Source: a bacterium
GTDB lineage: Bacteria > Patescibacteriota > Minisyncoccia > JBBINA01
NCBI GenBank assembly: GCA_037444125.1
Contig: JBBINA010000004.1
Location: forward strand, 1,582 to 65,581
Length of the DNA: 64,000 nt
Direction of reading: 5' to 3'
Position numbers and translations under genes: made by a program. This document shows positions 16,051 to 26,330 of this stretch, piece by piece. The notes below the pieces were generated by a model that was given only the letters and a program-made list of their open reading frames with translations, was not told the DNA's origin and searched no databases. The stretch's first letter is position 1, and the number at the start of each line of letters is the position of its first letter.

Positions 16051-18051
16051 ATGAGATACAATAAAATTTTCTTTAGTTTAGTTTTTGTTTTTTTCGTCAC
16101 AGTGTTTTTGCCTGATTTACTTGGCGCGCAATCAATAGAGACTCGTAGTTTTTTACCGTCAGCTACTACAGAGGCGCAGATTGTCGTTTCGCCAGAGGTT
16201 GTTTGCACCCAAGAAGCGAAACTCTGCCCAGATGGCTCTTATGTTAGTCGCACAGGTCCTAATTGTGAATTTGCTCCTTGTTCGGGAGAAAATTCATCTT
16301 GCGGTCAAATTAAATGCTTGCGGTATGACCCGGTTTGCGGCACTGACGGAAAAACTTATGCTTGCGGCGAAGCTGACGCTTTAGCTTGTGGCGTAAAAGT
16401 GGCTTATAAAGGTGAATGTAAAGAAAAAGAAGATTCTTATCAGGAAAAATTAAGCGATTATGAGAAGTGTGGACCCCTACCCGGGGCTCAGGGTAATTGG
16501 GTTTGTAAAGATGGAAAATGGGTTTTGAGTTCATTTGGTTTTTCAGAGGCTACTAAAAGGATGACGGTCGCAAAATGCGGTTTTAATACCTATGAAGTTT
16601 TTGAACAGTGCGGCGATAACAGTTTTAAAGCATTTTATTTTCAATGTTATGATGGTTATGAAGAAAAAAATGGCGGAGCAGATTCTTGTAAATCATTAGA
16701 AAGTTGGAAAGAATATGCCACTAAAGTTTGTGCCAATCGATGTGGTTCTCTTGTTACACCAAAACCAGATTCTAGCCTCATGCCTCCGCCTTCTTTAGTA
16801 AAGCCAGAACAACAAACGACATCTCAACCAACGGTTTCTGGCACTGCTGAATCGGGTGCTTCAGTAAGAGCGTCTGCTGTTTGCTTTATTCCTGACGAGT
16901 TAAGTCAAAATTACAGCAAGCTTATTCTTGATTTAAAGAAAGCTGAAGAAGCAGGAGATAAAGAACTTGCCAGCGCCATCACTCAAAAAATAACTGCCCT
17001 AAAAGAAGAAATTGAAAAAGTAAAGAAGCAATGTTTGTCTGCTACTCAAGCACCTTCAGCACAAGCACTAGTTAAACCTTTGCCCGTCGCTCCTCTTCCT
17101 TTGCCGTCAATTATAACAGTTGATAGATGCCAGGAAGTAAATCAATGGGAAAATAAAATAACTCATTACGAAGAATTAAGTAAACTTAATGATGAAGATT
17201 TAAAATACAAAAGCGGTTTTACCAGAGAAGAAATTAAAAAGATTTTAGAAGAACTTTATCAGGGGATTGAAAAGGTAAAAAAGCAGTGTGAAGAACAAGA
17301 AAAATCAACCGAAACACTTAAAACAGGAGTTCCAAGAGGCAATATTATAGTTAGAAATATTAGGAAGCCGTTTAAAGTTGTGTCTCCGGTGAAACCAGTC
17401 ATTGTGGAATCTGGTGAAGAAATAAGCAATTATTATAAAGCAAAAATAGAAGAGATTGTAGAAGAAGGAAGCGCTGAAGAACAAATAGAAAAACTCAAAA
17501 CTCTAAGAACCGAAATTGATGACCTTATTGCTAAACTTATTAAAAGCAAGGAAAAAATTGAAGCTGAAGAATTAAAGGGATTGGTGTCTGAAATCAAAAT
17601 AACCCCTCAAGAAATTAAAGCCGATAATGTTTCAGTTTCGCTTAGGGGAATTGAAAAAAAGGATATAAGAAGAGGAATAGTTATTGCTAAAGTTGCGGGC
17701 AAATTGCTCAATATCTTTCCAGGTGATAAAAAAGTAGTTATTGAAGACGAAAATCTAAAAGTAGAGACTGAGACGGTTTCAGTAAAAGATGAAAAACTGT
17801 TTATTGGAAATTCTGAGGTAAAAATCTTCCCCAGCCAAGTGGCAAGTAATTTAAATATTTTACCGAAAGAAGCTGAACTTAAAGAAGAAAACGGTAAGGC
17901 AGTTTATAAATTTAAGGTTTTAGAGCGGCGAAGATTATTTGGTTTTATTCCCCTGAACATCACTAAGATTATTACTAGTGATGCGGAATTTGGAAATTCT
18001 TTGGGCGAGCGTTTGCCGTGGTGGTCATTTTTAACCTTGGGCAGTAAGTAA
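16051..18051 (+). CDS. Secreted multi-domain Cys-rich protein with a Kazal-like domain
   Basis: Signal peptide; CTQEAKLCPDGSYVSRTGPNCEFAPC; YDPVCGTDGKTY...KVAYKGEC; coiled coil; C-terminal RLFGFIP...PWWSFL. Confidence 0.8.
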   Translation: MRYNKIFFSLVFVFFVTVFLPDLLGAQSIETRSFLPSATTEAQIVVSPEVVCTQEAKLCPDGSYVSRTGPNCEFAPCSGENSSCGQIKCLRYDPVCGTDGKTYACGEADALACGVKVAYKGECKEKEDSYQEKLSDYEKCGPLPGAQGNWVCKDGKWVLSSFGFSEATKRMTVAKCGFNTYEVFEQCGDNSFKAFYFQCYDGYEEKNGGADSCKSLESWKEYATKVCANRCGSLVTPKPDSSLMPPPSLVKPEQQTTSQPTVSGTAESGASVRASAVCFIPDELSQNYSKLILDLKKAEEAGDKELASAITQKITALKEEIEKVKKQCLSATQAPSAQALVKPLPVAPLPLPSIITVDRCQEVNQWENKITHYEELSKLNDEDLKYKSGFTREEIKKILEELYQGIEKVKKQCEEQEKSTETLKTGVPRGNIIVRNIRKPFKVVSPVKPVIVESGEEISNYYKAKIEEIVEEGSAEEQIEKLKTLRTEIDDLIAKLIKSKEKIEAEELKGLVSEIKITPQEIKADNVSVSLRGIEKKDIRRGIVIAKVAGKLLNIFPGDKKVVIEDENLKVETETVSVKDEKLFIGNSEVKIFPSQVASNLNILPKEAELKEENGKAVYKFKVLERRRLFGFIPLNITKIITSDAEFGNSLGERLPWWSFLTLGSK

Positions 18052-18261
18052 ATTTGAATATGGCCACAATTAATAAATTTTTATTCGCATAAGCCTTCTT
18101 TTTATTTTCTTTTTGTTTATTTCTTTCACTTTTACCGAGCTGTTTTTATATTATAATTATATCTAGCTTACTTTCTTTTTAGGATTGATTTACTTGACTA
18201 AGGTTTAAAAAGAGGTACAATATATGTTTTGGTCTGTATAAATATTCAAAATTATAAACCC

Positions 18262-19344
18262 ATGAAGGCGATTTTACAAAGAAGAAAACAAATTGACAAA
18301 AGTAATATGTTTAAGATAATTAAAGATACACCTCTTCATTTAAGTGAAGGACGAAAGGCCGTAGAACAAGAACAGATTAAAAAAACACTTAATAAGATTA
18401 AACAAAATAAACCAAAATATTTAATTAACTGTGGCGTTGGCGGTTCGGCTTTATCGCCTGAAATATTGAAGTTATTAATGAAAAATGGCGATATATCTAT
18501 AGATGAATTGCCGACGATTTATTCGAATAGGCACTATTTTTTGCCTGCTTGGACAGGAAAAGTTAATGCCTTGGTTATTTATAATTCTTATTCTGGAAAC
18601 ACGGAGGAAGTTATTTCATGCCTGTTTCATGGTCTTAAAATGGGATTGCAAAACCAGCTTGTGATTTCTTCAGGTGGGCAGCTTGCGATTTTAGCTCAAA
18701 GATATTCTTTGCCTCTTATAAGGTTGCCTAGCAATTTTTTACCAAGACTTGCTATTAATTATCATTTTGCTATTTTGTCCGCAATTTATGAAGTAGTTTT
18801 TTCTTTAAAAATCATTGAAGAATTAGAAAGTATAAGTAAAAAGCTTTATCAAGATGTGTCATCAATTGAAAAAGAAGGTTATAGAATAGCCTCATTGCTT
18901 TTTGGCCGAATTCCGCTTATCTATACATCTTCGACGCTTAAAATTTTGGGCTATATTTGGAAAATTAAATTAAATGAGAATGCCGAGATACCGGCTTTTT
19001 TCAATCATATTCCAGAAATGAACCATAATGAAATAGTTGGCTTAACCGGTCTTAAAAAAATATTTAGCCAACCGCTTTTTTATGCTTTAATGATTAATTC
19101 TGAAAACGATCATGTGCGGATACATAAACGTATGAAGATTACCAAAAACATTTTTAATCGTTTGGATATTGATTTTATTGATTTGAACATAGGCTCTAGA
19201 ACGCTTTGCAATATATTCAGGAATATAATGCTGGCTGATTGGGTTTCTTATTATTTGTCACTGCTTTATGGTGTTGATCCGACGCCGACGAGAATTATTG
19301 ACGAAATAAAACAAGAACTGTCAAAAATAAAATTCGTTTTTTGA
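18262..19344 (+). CDS. Bifunctional phosphoglucose/phosphomannose isomerase
   Basis: GVGGS, SYSGNTEE, SSGGQL, WKIKLNENA, PEMNHNEI and GVDPTP motifs. Confidence 0.9.
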   Translation: MKAILQRRKQIDKSNMFKIIKDTPLHLSEGRKAVEQEQIKKTLNKIKQNKPKYLINCGVGGSALSPEILKLLMKNGDISIDELPTIYSNRHYFLPAWTGKVNALVIYNSYSGNTEEVISCLFHGLKMGLQNQLVISSGGQLAILAQRYSLPLIRLPSNFLPRLAINYHFAILSAIYEVVFSLKIIEELESISKKLYQDVSSIEKEGYRIASLLFGRIPLIYTSSTLKILGYIWKIKLNENAEIPAFFNHIPEMNHNEIVGLTGLKKIFSQPLFYALMINSENDHVRIHKRMKITKNIFNRLDIDFIDLNIGSRTLCNIFRNIMLADWVSYYLSLLYGVDPTPTRIIDEIKQELSKIKFVF

Positions 19345-19386
19345 TTCAAAAAAATAATTTTTGCCTTATAAAAAAGGAGATGCTTT

Positions 19387-20064
19387 TTAGCACCTCCTCC
19401 AAGGAACAAATTCTTCAATTGGTATAATTTCTAGCTTCCCGTGACGTACGCAACATACATGATATTTAGGAACAATTGTCCCTGGATTTAAAGTAATGTT
19501 ACAACCAGTTTGGGAAAAGTCGCCTATTATAGCCCCAAACTTAACTAGATGGGTATCTACTAATTGGTTTTGGTAGGAAATTTTGATTGTTTCAGGTTTC
19601 ATTATTCCCGTTTTTTCAAGGAAGATCGAAAAAAATTTGATGTTAGAAAGAACAGTATTAGCGCCGAGATTAACAGAATTTCCAAGAATGCTGTCTCCAA
19701 TATATGACATATGGGGCGCAGTGACTTCATTTAAGATAATTGAATTTTTGACTTCTGAGCGTATGATGCAGTATGAACCAATAATTACATTTTTCCTGAT
19801 GTAGGCAAAAGGTCTGACTTCAGTATGTGAGCCTATAATAATATTAGGCCCTTCAAGATGTGCATTAGGATGAATTTTTGCAGTTGGATGTATGAATATG
19901 TTTCGTTTTTTATCCAATGTTTTGTAATTTTTTCGAATAAGATTAAGATTTGTTTCTATAAAATCTTCTATGGAAGCAAGTGTTTGCCAGACATATTTAA
20001 AGCTTCCTAGAAAATTATCTATAAGATTTCTAGGATTTAGTCCAAAAAGTTCTTTAGCTTGCAC
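19387..20064 (-). CDS. Hexapeptide-repeat acyltransferase resembling the GlmU acetyltransferase half
   Basis: IGSHTEVRPFAYIR, EVKNSI, HMSYIGDSILG..VNLGA and KFGAIIGD motifs; GTG start after GGGGTG. Confidence 0.85.
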   Translation of the reverse strand: MQAKELFGLNPRNLIDNFLGSFKYVWQTLASIEDFIETNLNLIRKNYKTLDKKRNIFIHPTAKIHPNAHLEGPNIIIGSHTEVRPFAYIRKNVIIGSYCIIRSEVKNSIILNEVTAPHMSYIGDSILGNSVNLGANTVLSNIKFFSIFLEKTGIMKPETIKISYQNQLVDTHLVKFGAIIGDFSQTGCNITLNPGTIVPKYHVCCVRHGKLEIIPIEEFVPWRRC

Positions 20065-20141
20065 TTTATCACCCCTTTTACTTTTGAGAACTTTTGTTTT
20101 ATAGTATTTGTATTATATAGCAAATTTTACAATAAATCAAT

Positions 20142-20873
20142 ATGAAAGCAATAATTTTGGCAGCCGGTAAGGGTAAAAGATTGCGCCCCTTAACATTTAA
20201 AATACCCAAACCTCTTATTAGAGTGGCGGGTAAAGAGATATTATTCTGGATATTAGAAAATTTGCCTAATATTATAGATGAAATAATTATTGTTGTGGGT
20301 TATAAAGGAGAGGTTATCAAAAAACATTTGGGTTATGAATTCGCGGGTAAAAAAATTGCGTATGTTAAGCAAAAAGAGCTCAAGGGTACAGCTCACGCAT
20401 TAATGATGGCTAAATCATTTATCAAGCCAAATGAAAAATTTTTAGTTTTGAATGGTGATGATATTCATAGCAAAGTTGATTTGGAGAAATTATGCAGCCT
20501 AGAAGATTTAGCTGTTATGGCTTTTGAAGTTAACGACCCTTCTAATTTTGGAATTGTAAAGGTGGATGAACAGCATAAACTTGTAACAATTATAGAAAAA
20601 CCAGTTGGCTTGACTGGTAAGGAGAAGAAGTATCATGCTGCTACCGGCGCTTACTTAATTGATGAAAGGATTTTTAAAATTGATATGGTTAAAGTTGATT
20701 CAGTGGAATATGGTTTACCTCAGACCATTTCTGTTTTAGCGCGCGATGTGCCAGTTAAGATTTTGTATGCCCAAACCTGGATTTCTTGTGGTACTTTTGA
20801 CGATTTAGTTAAAGCTGAGAAGATTTTGACTTCAGATATTGCACGATTATTTCAGGGACACGATTTTCTATAA
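20142..20873 (+). CDS. Sugar-1-phosphate nucleotidyltransferase resembling the GlmU uridyltransferase half
   Basis: AIILAAGKGKRLRPLT..PKPL, GTAHAL, LNGD, FGIV and EKP motifs. Confidence 0.88.
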   Translation: MKAIILAAGKGKRLRPLTFKIPKPLIRVAGKEILFWILENLPNIIDEIIIVVGYKGEVIKKHLGYEFAGKKIAYVKQKELKGTAHALMMAKSFIKPNEKFLVLNGDDIHSKVDLEKLCSLEDLAVMAFEVNDPSNFGIVKVDEQHKLVTIIEKPVGLTGKEKKYHAATGAYLIDERIFKIDMVKVDSVEYGLPQTISVLARDVPVKILYAQTWISCGTFDDLVKAEKILTSDIARLFQGHDFL

Positions 20874-22494
20874 GAATCAAAGTATCTTTTTGGACCATAT
20901 TTTTGATTAAGGATAGTAATTTTCGTTCATCTTTAACCACCATAAAGTGTCTCATATTAAATCCTGATTTGTTTAGAGTAGAACTGATAATATGTATATA
21001 GTCATAAGAAGTTGTTATGATGTAATTGAAAGTTTTAGCCATTTTTTCGGCAATATTTTGGTGGGCTCTAGCGGAATCAGGACCTAGTTCAATAAGTGGT
21101 CTAAAAATTATTACTTTGGTTTTGGCTTTTAGTTTGTCGGCTGCATTAATTGCTTCAAGAAAGCCAGTTTCATTAGCGGAATATGAGTCATCAATAATAA
21201 TATTATTTAAAAGTTTATTTTTATAGATTTTCAGCGTATGGTCTGGTTGAGAGATTTTTTCTGTTTTTGAGGCAATGTATGGAATTTTTATTCCTAATTC
21301 TCTGGCTGTGGCGATGGTTAAAAGAAGGTTGATAACAAAGTTTGAAGAGGTGAGATTAGTTTTAAGATATACAGGAGATTTCCCCCTTTTTTCATTAAAT
21401 AAGAAAGTAAGTTTTTGAGTAATATTACCATCGGGTTTTGGGGCAGATATTTGTGTCGCATAATAATCAGCCTTTTCAGTAATAGAAACCCTTTTCACTT
21501 TAATATCAGGTCTGATTTTTTTGAAATTTTTTATATAAGTTTTTATAAATGGCGAATCTTGATTGATAATTAACGAGCCATTAGGTTTAAGAATTTCGCC
21601 TATTTCAAACTTAGCTTCTATTATATTTTTTTGAGAACCGAATAAATCTAAATGTTGATTGGAAATAGCAGTTAAAATTGAAATATCTGGCTTTAAAATA
21701 GAGCCAATGTTTTTAATTTCGCCCTTTCTATAAGCACCTATTTCAACGATAAGAATTTTATGAACTGCTTTAAGTTCCTTGAGGATGAAGTTTGCGATGC
21801 CTATTTCAGTATTGATATTTTTAGGGATAGTCAATACAGTAGTCCATTCGCAAAGTAACGCGTGCAAGAAGTTTTTGGTACTAGTTTTTCCATAACTTCC
21901 GGTGATAGCTATGATTTTTAATTTTTTGTTTTTTTTCATTACTTTTGCCAATTTCTCAAAAGAATGTTTGCGTAGTTTATTATTTAGAATATTTAAAAAG
22001 GCTATTTGGATGATTATTAGTAAAATTAGGAGTCTATCAATTATGAGAAGTTGCTTGACTAAAGAATTATTGAAAAGACTGAGATTAGTTAGCCAATTAG
22101 TTGCCAGTAAGATTATAGATAAAGCAGCGGCGGTGATGATACTGAATGAAAGTATGAGAAGCCCTGTTACCTTAACTGTAAGTTTAGGGCGTTTAAAGCG
22201 TAAGGTAATTATTTCAAAGAAGGTGTAGATGCCTTCTAAAAAATAAATTAAGAAAAAGCCGTAGAAACAGAAGTGAAAGAGCGTTGGCCAGGATAAAGCA
22301 CCCAGGACAACGAATTTAGTTAGCGACCAAGGATGTAGAATAACATTTAAACCTTCTTGAGTTTTAAGCCACGAAAAATAGCGATCAAACCTGAATTCTT
22401 TTAGCTGAAAAATCGAGATATGAAAAAATAATCTTCTGATTTGGGCCAGAAACCAAATAAAAATAAATATTAAAAATATTAGATTAGGGCTCAT
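20809..22494 (-). CDS. murF: MurF-like Mur ligase with N-terminal TM domain
   Basis: AITGSYGKTSTK P-loop, NTEIG, VEIGA, NQHLDLF, IDDSYSAN and ELG motifs. Confidence 0.8.
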   Translation of the reverse strand: MSPNLIFLIFIFIWFLAQIRRLFFHISIFQLKEFRFDRYFSWLKTQEGLNVILHPWSLTKFVVLGALSWPTLFHFCFYGFFLIYFLEGIYTFFEIITLRFKRPKLTVKVTGLLILSFSIITAAALSIILLATNWLTNLSLFNNSLVKQLLIIDRLLILLIIIQIAFLNILNNKLRKHSFEKLAKVMKKNKKLKIIAITGSYGKTSTKNFLHALLCEWTTVLTIPKNINTEIGIANFILKELKAVHKILIVEIGAYRKGEIKNIGSILKPDISILTAISNQHLDLFGSQKNIIEAKFEIGEILKPNGSLIINQDSPFIKTYIKNFKKIRPDIKVKRVSITEKADYYATQISAPKPDGNITQKLTFLFNEKRGKSPVYLKTNLTSSNFVINLLLTIATARELGIKIPYIASKTEKISQPDHTLKIYKNKLLNNIIIDDSYSANETGFLEAINAADKLKAKTKVIIFRPLIELGPDSARAHQNIAEKMAKTFNYIITTSYDYIHIISSTLNKSGFNMRHFMVVKDERKLLSLIKNMVQKDTLILIENRVPEIIVQYLKSKSSQL

Positions 22495-23263
22495 TTATAA
22501 AGTCTAAAATTAATCTGGCGACTAAATTAGGTTTAGTAAGATGAGGTGAATGACGCGCGTCTTTAATAAAAAACAGACGAGCATTTTTAATTAAGTTTTT
22601 AATAATAATACCCTCTGTTGGTTTAGTAATTGAGTCTTTTTCTCCCCAGATGATGATTGTTTTAGAAGCAATTTGAGGCAATATTTCTGTAAGATCTTCA
22701 TCAATTACTCTTTGCATAATTTTTTTCATACGGCCGGAAGCTTTCATATAATCATAATTGCCTAATAGTTTAGTTAAAAGTTTTTTTAAAAACGGAATAA
22801 AAGATATAGCCATTTTTAATTTCTGCTTCAATTTGCCGTGGATATTTTTGGCGATTTTAGCCAAAAGTCCGCTTTTTCTTATACAAGCGGGGTCAATTAG
22901 AATTAGTTTATTAATATATTCAGGGTTAATAATGGTAAAATAGCAGGCAATTTGCCCGCCAAAAGAATGACCTATAAGAATTAAATTATTTTTTCTTATT
23001 TTAAATTTTTTGATTATGGAAAGCAAAAAATTGGCATAGTCTTTAATCCCCCAAGTGGAAGGAGGTTCTTGGCTTTCTCCGAAACCAGGCAAGTCTAGAA
23101 TTAAAATTTTTATTTTAGATAAATCTATTTTTTGAGTTAAAACATTTAGAAGGGGTTGCCATGAGTGAATAGAGCCTCCCCAGCCGTGTATCATTAAAAT
23201 AGTTTGCCGGCCAGTACCTTTTAAAATATAGTTTATTTTTAAGTCTGATATTTTTAGCCTCAT
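22484..23263 (-). CDS. Alpha/beta hydrolase
   Basis: HGWGG, DLPGFGES, GHSFGG nucleophile elbow, WGEKD and HSPH motifs. Confidence 0.9.
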   Translation of the reverse strand: MRLKISDLKINYILKGTGRQTILMIHGWGGSIHSWQPLLNVLTQKIDLSKIKILILDLPGFGESQEPPSTWGIKDYANFLLSIIKKFKIRKNNLILIGHSFGGQIACYFTIINPEYINKLILIDPACIRKSGLLAKIAKNIHGKLKQKLKMAISFIPFLKKLLTKLLGNYDYMKASGRMKKIMQRVIDEDLTEILPQIASKTIIIWGEKDSITKPTEGIIIKNLIKNARLFFIKDARHSPHLTKPNLVARLILDFINEP

Positions 23264-23946
23264 TTGATAGTGGTTCCTTTAAAATTAAGGCTACCAATTA
23301 AGATTTTATATAAGTTTTTGATATTTTTGCCATTACACACGATACATTTTAACGAGTTTTTTAAAGCAAAACGCGCTGCTACCGGGTCAATTGGGATTGA
23401 AAGCCCTGGTGACCATTTAGCCGTACCTTGGGACTTAATAATATCTAAATATTCGCGCCAGGATAGGTGTTTCTGTATTATCTTTTGCTGTTGGTTATTT
23501 AGTTTATATATATAATCAATGTTTGATAGATTTATAATTGAGTCTAATTTAAGCTTTTCGGCAAAATGAAATGCATCATAATCAGTAGAGAAACCTGGAA
23601 TAGTACCTGATCCAATAATAATAGGTTTACGGAATATTATTTTTGCTTTGAGACCTGAAATAATATTCCTTTCTGCATTTTGGGCAAAAATTAACTGCAG
23701 AAATTTAGCATTTAATTTAGTTGCTTGAATGCCTATTATATCTAGTTCTTTGGGCTTATTGACAAAGTTTTTAAGAGCTATTTGGTATTGACGCGCTATT
23801 ATCCCGCCTCCACAAAATATTAAAAACTTAATTTTCTTTTTTACAAAGGAAAGAATTAAATTACGAAAAGATTCAAGAAAATTTATGTCAAATTCGCCCC
23901 CATTAATAAGGGACCCTCCCAGAGATAAAACTTTAATTTTTCTCAT
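23260..23946 (-). CDS. pyrH: UMP kinase (archaeal-type)
   Basis: SLGGS, GGGIIARQY, DIIGIQATKLNA, PGFSTDYDA, PIDPVA and GTTI motifs. Confidence 0.88.
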   Translation of the reverse strand: MRKIKVLSLGGSLINGGEFDINFLESFRNLILSFVKKKIKFLIFCGGGIIARQYQIALKNFVNKPKELDIIGIQATKLNAKFLQLIFAQNAERNIISGLKAKIIFRKPIIIGSGTIPGFSTDYDAFHFAEKLKLDSIINLSNIDYIYKLNNQQQKIIQKHLSWREYLDIIKSQGTAKWSPGLSIPIDPVAARFALKNSLKCIVCNGKNIKNLYKILIGSLNFKGTTIK

Positions 23947-24067
23947 TAAAAGTTTAGTATAAAAAAGGTAAATTATTGCAGCAAAGTATTATAACAGATT
24001 TTATGCTTTTTTAAATTATATTTAGAATGGTTTTTTATATTTTTTCTTTTCAGAGTAAGATCAATTT

Positions 24068-25198
24068 TTATTTTAAGATAGAATTATAGAGCTTCAAATG
24101 TCTATCTATCATTGTATTCAGCGAGAAATACTTTATGACTCTTTGATGAGCATTATTGCCATAGAATTTGGCTATTTTTTTATTACAAAGCAGTTTTAGT
24201 AATTCCGAGGCGAGTTTTTCGTGGTTTTTTGGAGGGACAGTTGAGCCTGTTTTATTATTTAAACTTACGAGCGGTACGCCGCTTTCTAAATTTGTATTAA
24301 TCACAGGTTTTTTGGCAAGCATTGCTTCAAGTTGTACTAAACCAAATGCTTCTGATTTATAAATTGAGGGTAAGACAAAAACATCGCATGCCAGAAAATA
24401 TGATTTTAAAATTTCTTCATTTTGCGGAGGGATAAATAAAACATATTTTTCAAGGGCTAGTGATTTGGTTAGTTGTATTAGTTTATTCTTTAAGTTTCCT
24501 TCGCCGATTACTAAAAGAATAAAATTAGGCAATTTTTGTTTGACAATTTCTAGCGCCATAAGAAGGTAATTTAAACCTTTGTAATATGCGAGTCGCCCAA
24601 CAAAGAGAATTATTTTTTTATCCTTAAAACTTTTTTTAATTTTTAAAGCTTGTTTATAATTAAATTCTTTGTAGTGGTTTTGGCTGATACCGAAAGGCAC
24701 GATTCTTATCTTGTCCTTAAATTTCTGCAGATATTCAGAATAAATTATGTGATTTTTGGTGGGCGCGATAATAACATCAGCCGAATGTAAGGCTTTAATT
24801 ACGAAGGGTTTTAGAATTATATTAAATAATTTTTGTCTAACGATTTCCGAGTGCCAAGTAATTATAATTTTAGGTTTAATTTTTAAAAGCGATACAGCAA
24901 TAAAAGCAAGTGGAAATGGCCAATGAATATGAATAATATCATATTGATTAGCCATTTTTTTAAATAAATAAAAAAAATCAATTGAAAGCGGCATACCCAA
25001 AATTATGCCAAAGCTTGCTGCTTTATATATTTTGACTTTATTTATGTTTTCAATGACTCTTGTGCATTTTGAATTACAGCACAACACTTCTACTTTTAAT
25101 CCTTTTTTGCGATTGAGCTTTTCAGAAATATTCTTAACAACGCTTTCTATACCTCCAAGCCATGGATAATAAAATTTATTTATTTGAAGAATTTTCAT
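24068..25198 (-). CDS. Glycosyltransferase family 4
   Basis: KFYYPWLGGIE, FVGRLAYYKG and EAFGLVQLEAM motifs. Confidence 0.92.
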   Translation of the reverse strand: MKILQINKFYYPWLGGIESVVKNISEKLNRKKGLKVEVLCCNSKCTRVIENINKVKIYKAASFGIILGMPLSIDFFYLFKKMANQYDIIHIHWPFPLAFIAVSLLKIKPKIIITWHSEIVRQKLFNIILKPFVIKALHSADVIIAPTKNHIIYSEYLQKFKDKIRIVPFGISQNHYKEFNYKQALKIKKSFKDKKIILFVGRLAYYKGLNYLLMALEIVKQKLPNFILLVIGEGNLKNKLIQLTKSLALEKYVLFIPPQNEEILKSYFLACDVFVLPSIYKSEAFGLVQLEAMLAKKPVINTNLESGVPLVSLNNKTGSTVPPKNHEKLASELLKLLCNKKIAKFYGNNAHQRVIKYFSLNTMIDRHLKLYNSILK

Positions 25199-26330
25199 AT
25201 AAAGAGAAGTATAATTTTTTATATTCTTCAATCATTTTTTCTTGATGAAAGTTTGCTCTTATGAATCTAAAAGCTTCTTCTCCAATTTTTTTGCGCATTT
25301 TTTTGTCAAAAATTATTTTTAAAAGTTTTTGCGCTAAATCTTCAAAAGATCCTTTTTTAAATAGTAAGCCAGTTTTGCAATCAATTATTGCTTCTCTTAT
25401 TCCTTCAATATTAGAAGCAACTATAGCGCGATGCGATGCTCCAGCTTCAAGGCATACCACGCTCAATCCTTCCCAATTGCTTGATAAAATCATAACATCA
25501 GAAATATTAGTGATTAGCGGAATGTCTTTACGCCATCCTAAAAACTTCACATATTTTTCTAGATTCAGCTGTTTAGTCTTATCCTCAAGCTTTTTTCGCA
25601 ATGGTCCATCACCGACTATTAAAAGCTTTACGTTTGCTGCCTTAGGAACAATTAATTTTAAAGCATTTAAAATTGTTTCAAAATCTTTTGGTGGATGAAG
25701 TCTCCCAATAGCAGTTAAAATAGTTTTATTTTCTAAATTTAATTTTATTTTTAAATCTTGAGCCTTTTTTTTTGATATTTTATTAAAATTTGCTATTGAT
25801 ATGCCGTTTTTAATGACTCTTATTTTTTCAGGTGCAATTAGTTTATATTGCAAAACTAAATTTTTATCAGCTAAACTAACGCAAATCAAGATGTCTGTCC
25901 AGTGATTTAAAAACCTTTCTATTAAAATTAAAAACCATCGAAAAAAAAACCCTTTTCTTATTATGTGTAATCCATGCAAAGTATAAATAATCTTTGGTTT
26001 ATTTAATAGTGGTATAACTGCTAATCTTGTCCATAAGGCTGCCCTTGTTCCTTGAGTATGAAGAATGTCTAATTTATTTTTTTTCAAAAAGCTATAAAGG
26101 AATTTAAGGATAGAAAAAAAATTACTGTTCGAGGGTATTAAAATTTTTATATTTTTTTTCCTTCTTAAATTCGTTAAAGCCATCCCCTTTTCTGGAAAAA
26201 AAGAAAAAAACTCAAATAGGTTTTTATCTGATTCCATTGCTAAACTGTTGGAAATTGTATTTCCTCCGCCTAAATTTGCCGAAGGATTTATGATTAGTAT
26301 TTTGATTTTTTTATTTTTCCAGATGGCCAT
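25176..26330 (-). CDS. Glycosyltransferase family 4
   Basis: YTLHG, IGRLHPPKD and EGLSVVCLEA motifs. Confidence 0.92.
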   Translation of the reverse strand: MAIWKNKKIKILIINPSANLGGGNTISNSLAMESDKNLFEFFSFFPEKGMALTNLRRKKNIKILIPSNSNFFSILKFLYSFLKKNKLDILHTQGTRAALWTRLAVIPLLNKPKIIYTLHGLHIIRKGFFFRWFLILIERFLNHWTDILICVSLADKNLVLQYKLIAPEKIRVIKNGISIANFNKISKKKAQDLKIKLNLENKTILTAIGRLHPPKDFETILNALKLIVPKAANVKLLIVGDGPLRKKLEDKTKQLNLEKYVKFLGWRKDIPLITNISDVMILSSNWEGLSVVCLEAGASHRAIVASNIEGIREAIIDCKTGLLFKKGSFEDLAQKLLKIIFDKKMRKKIGEEAFRFIRANFHQEKMIEEYKKLYFSLYENSSNK

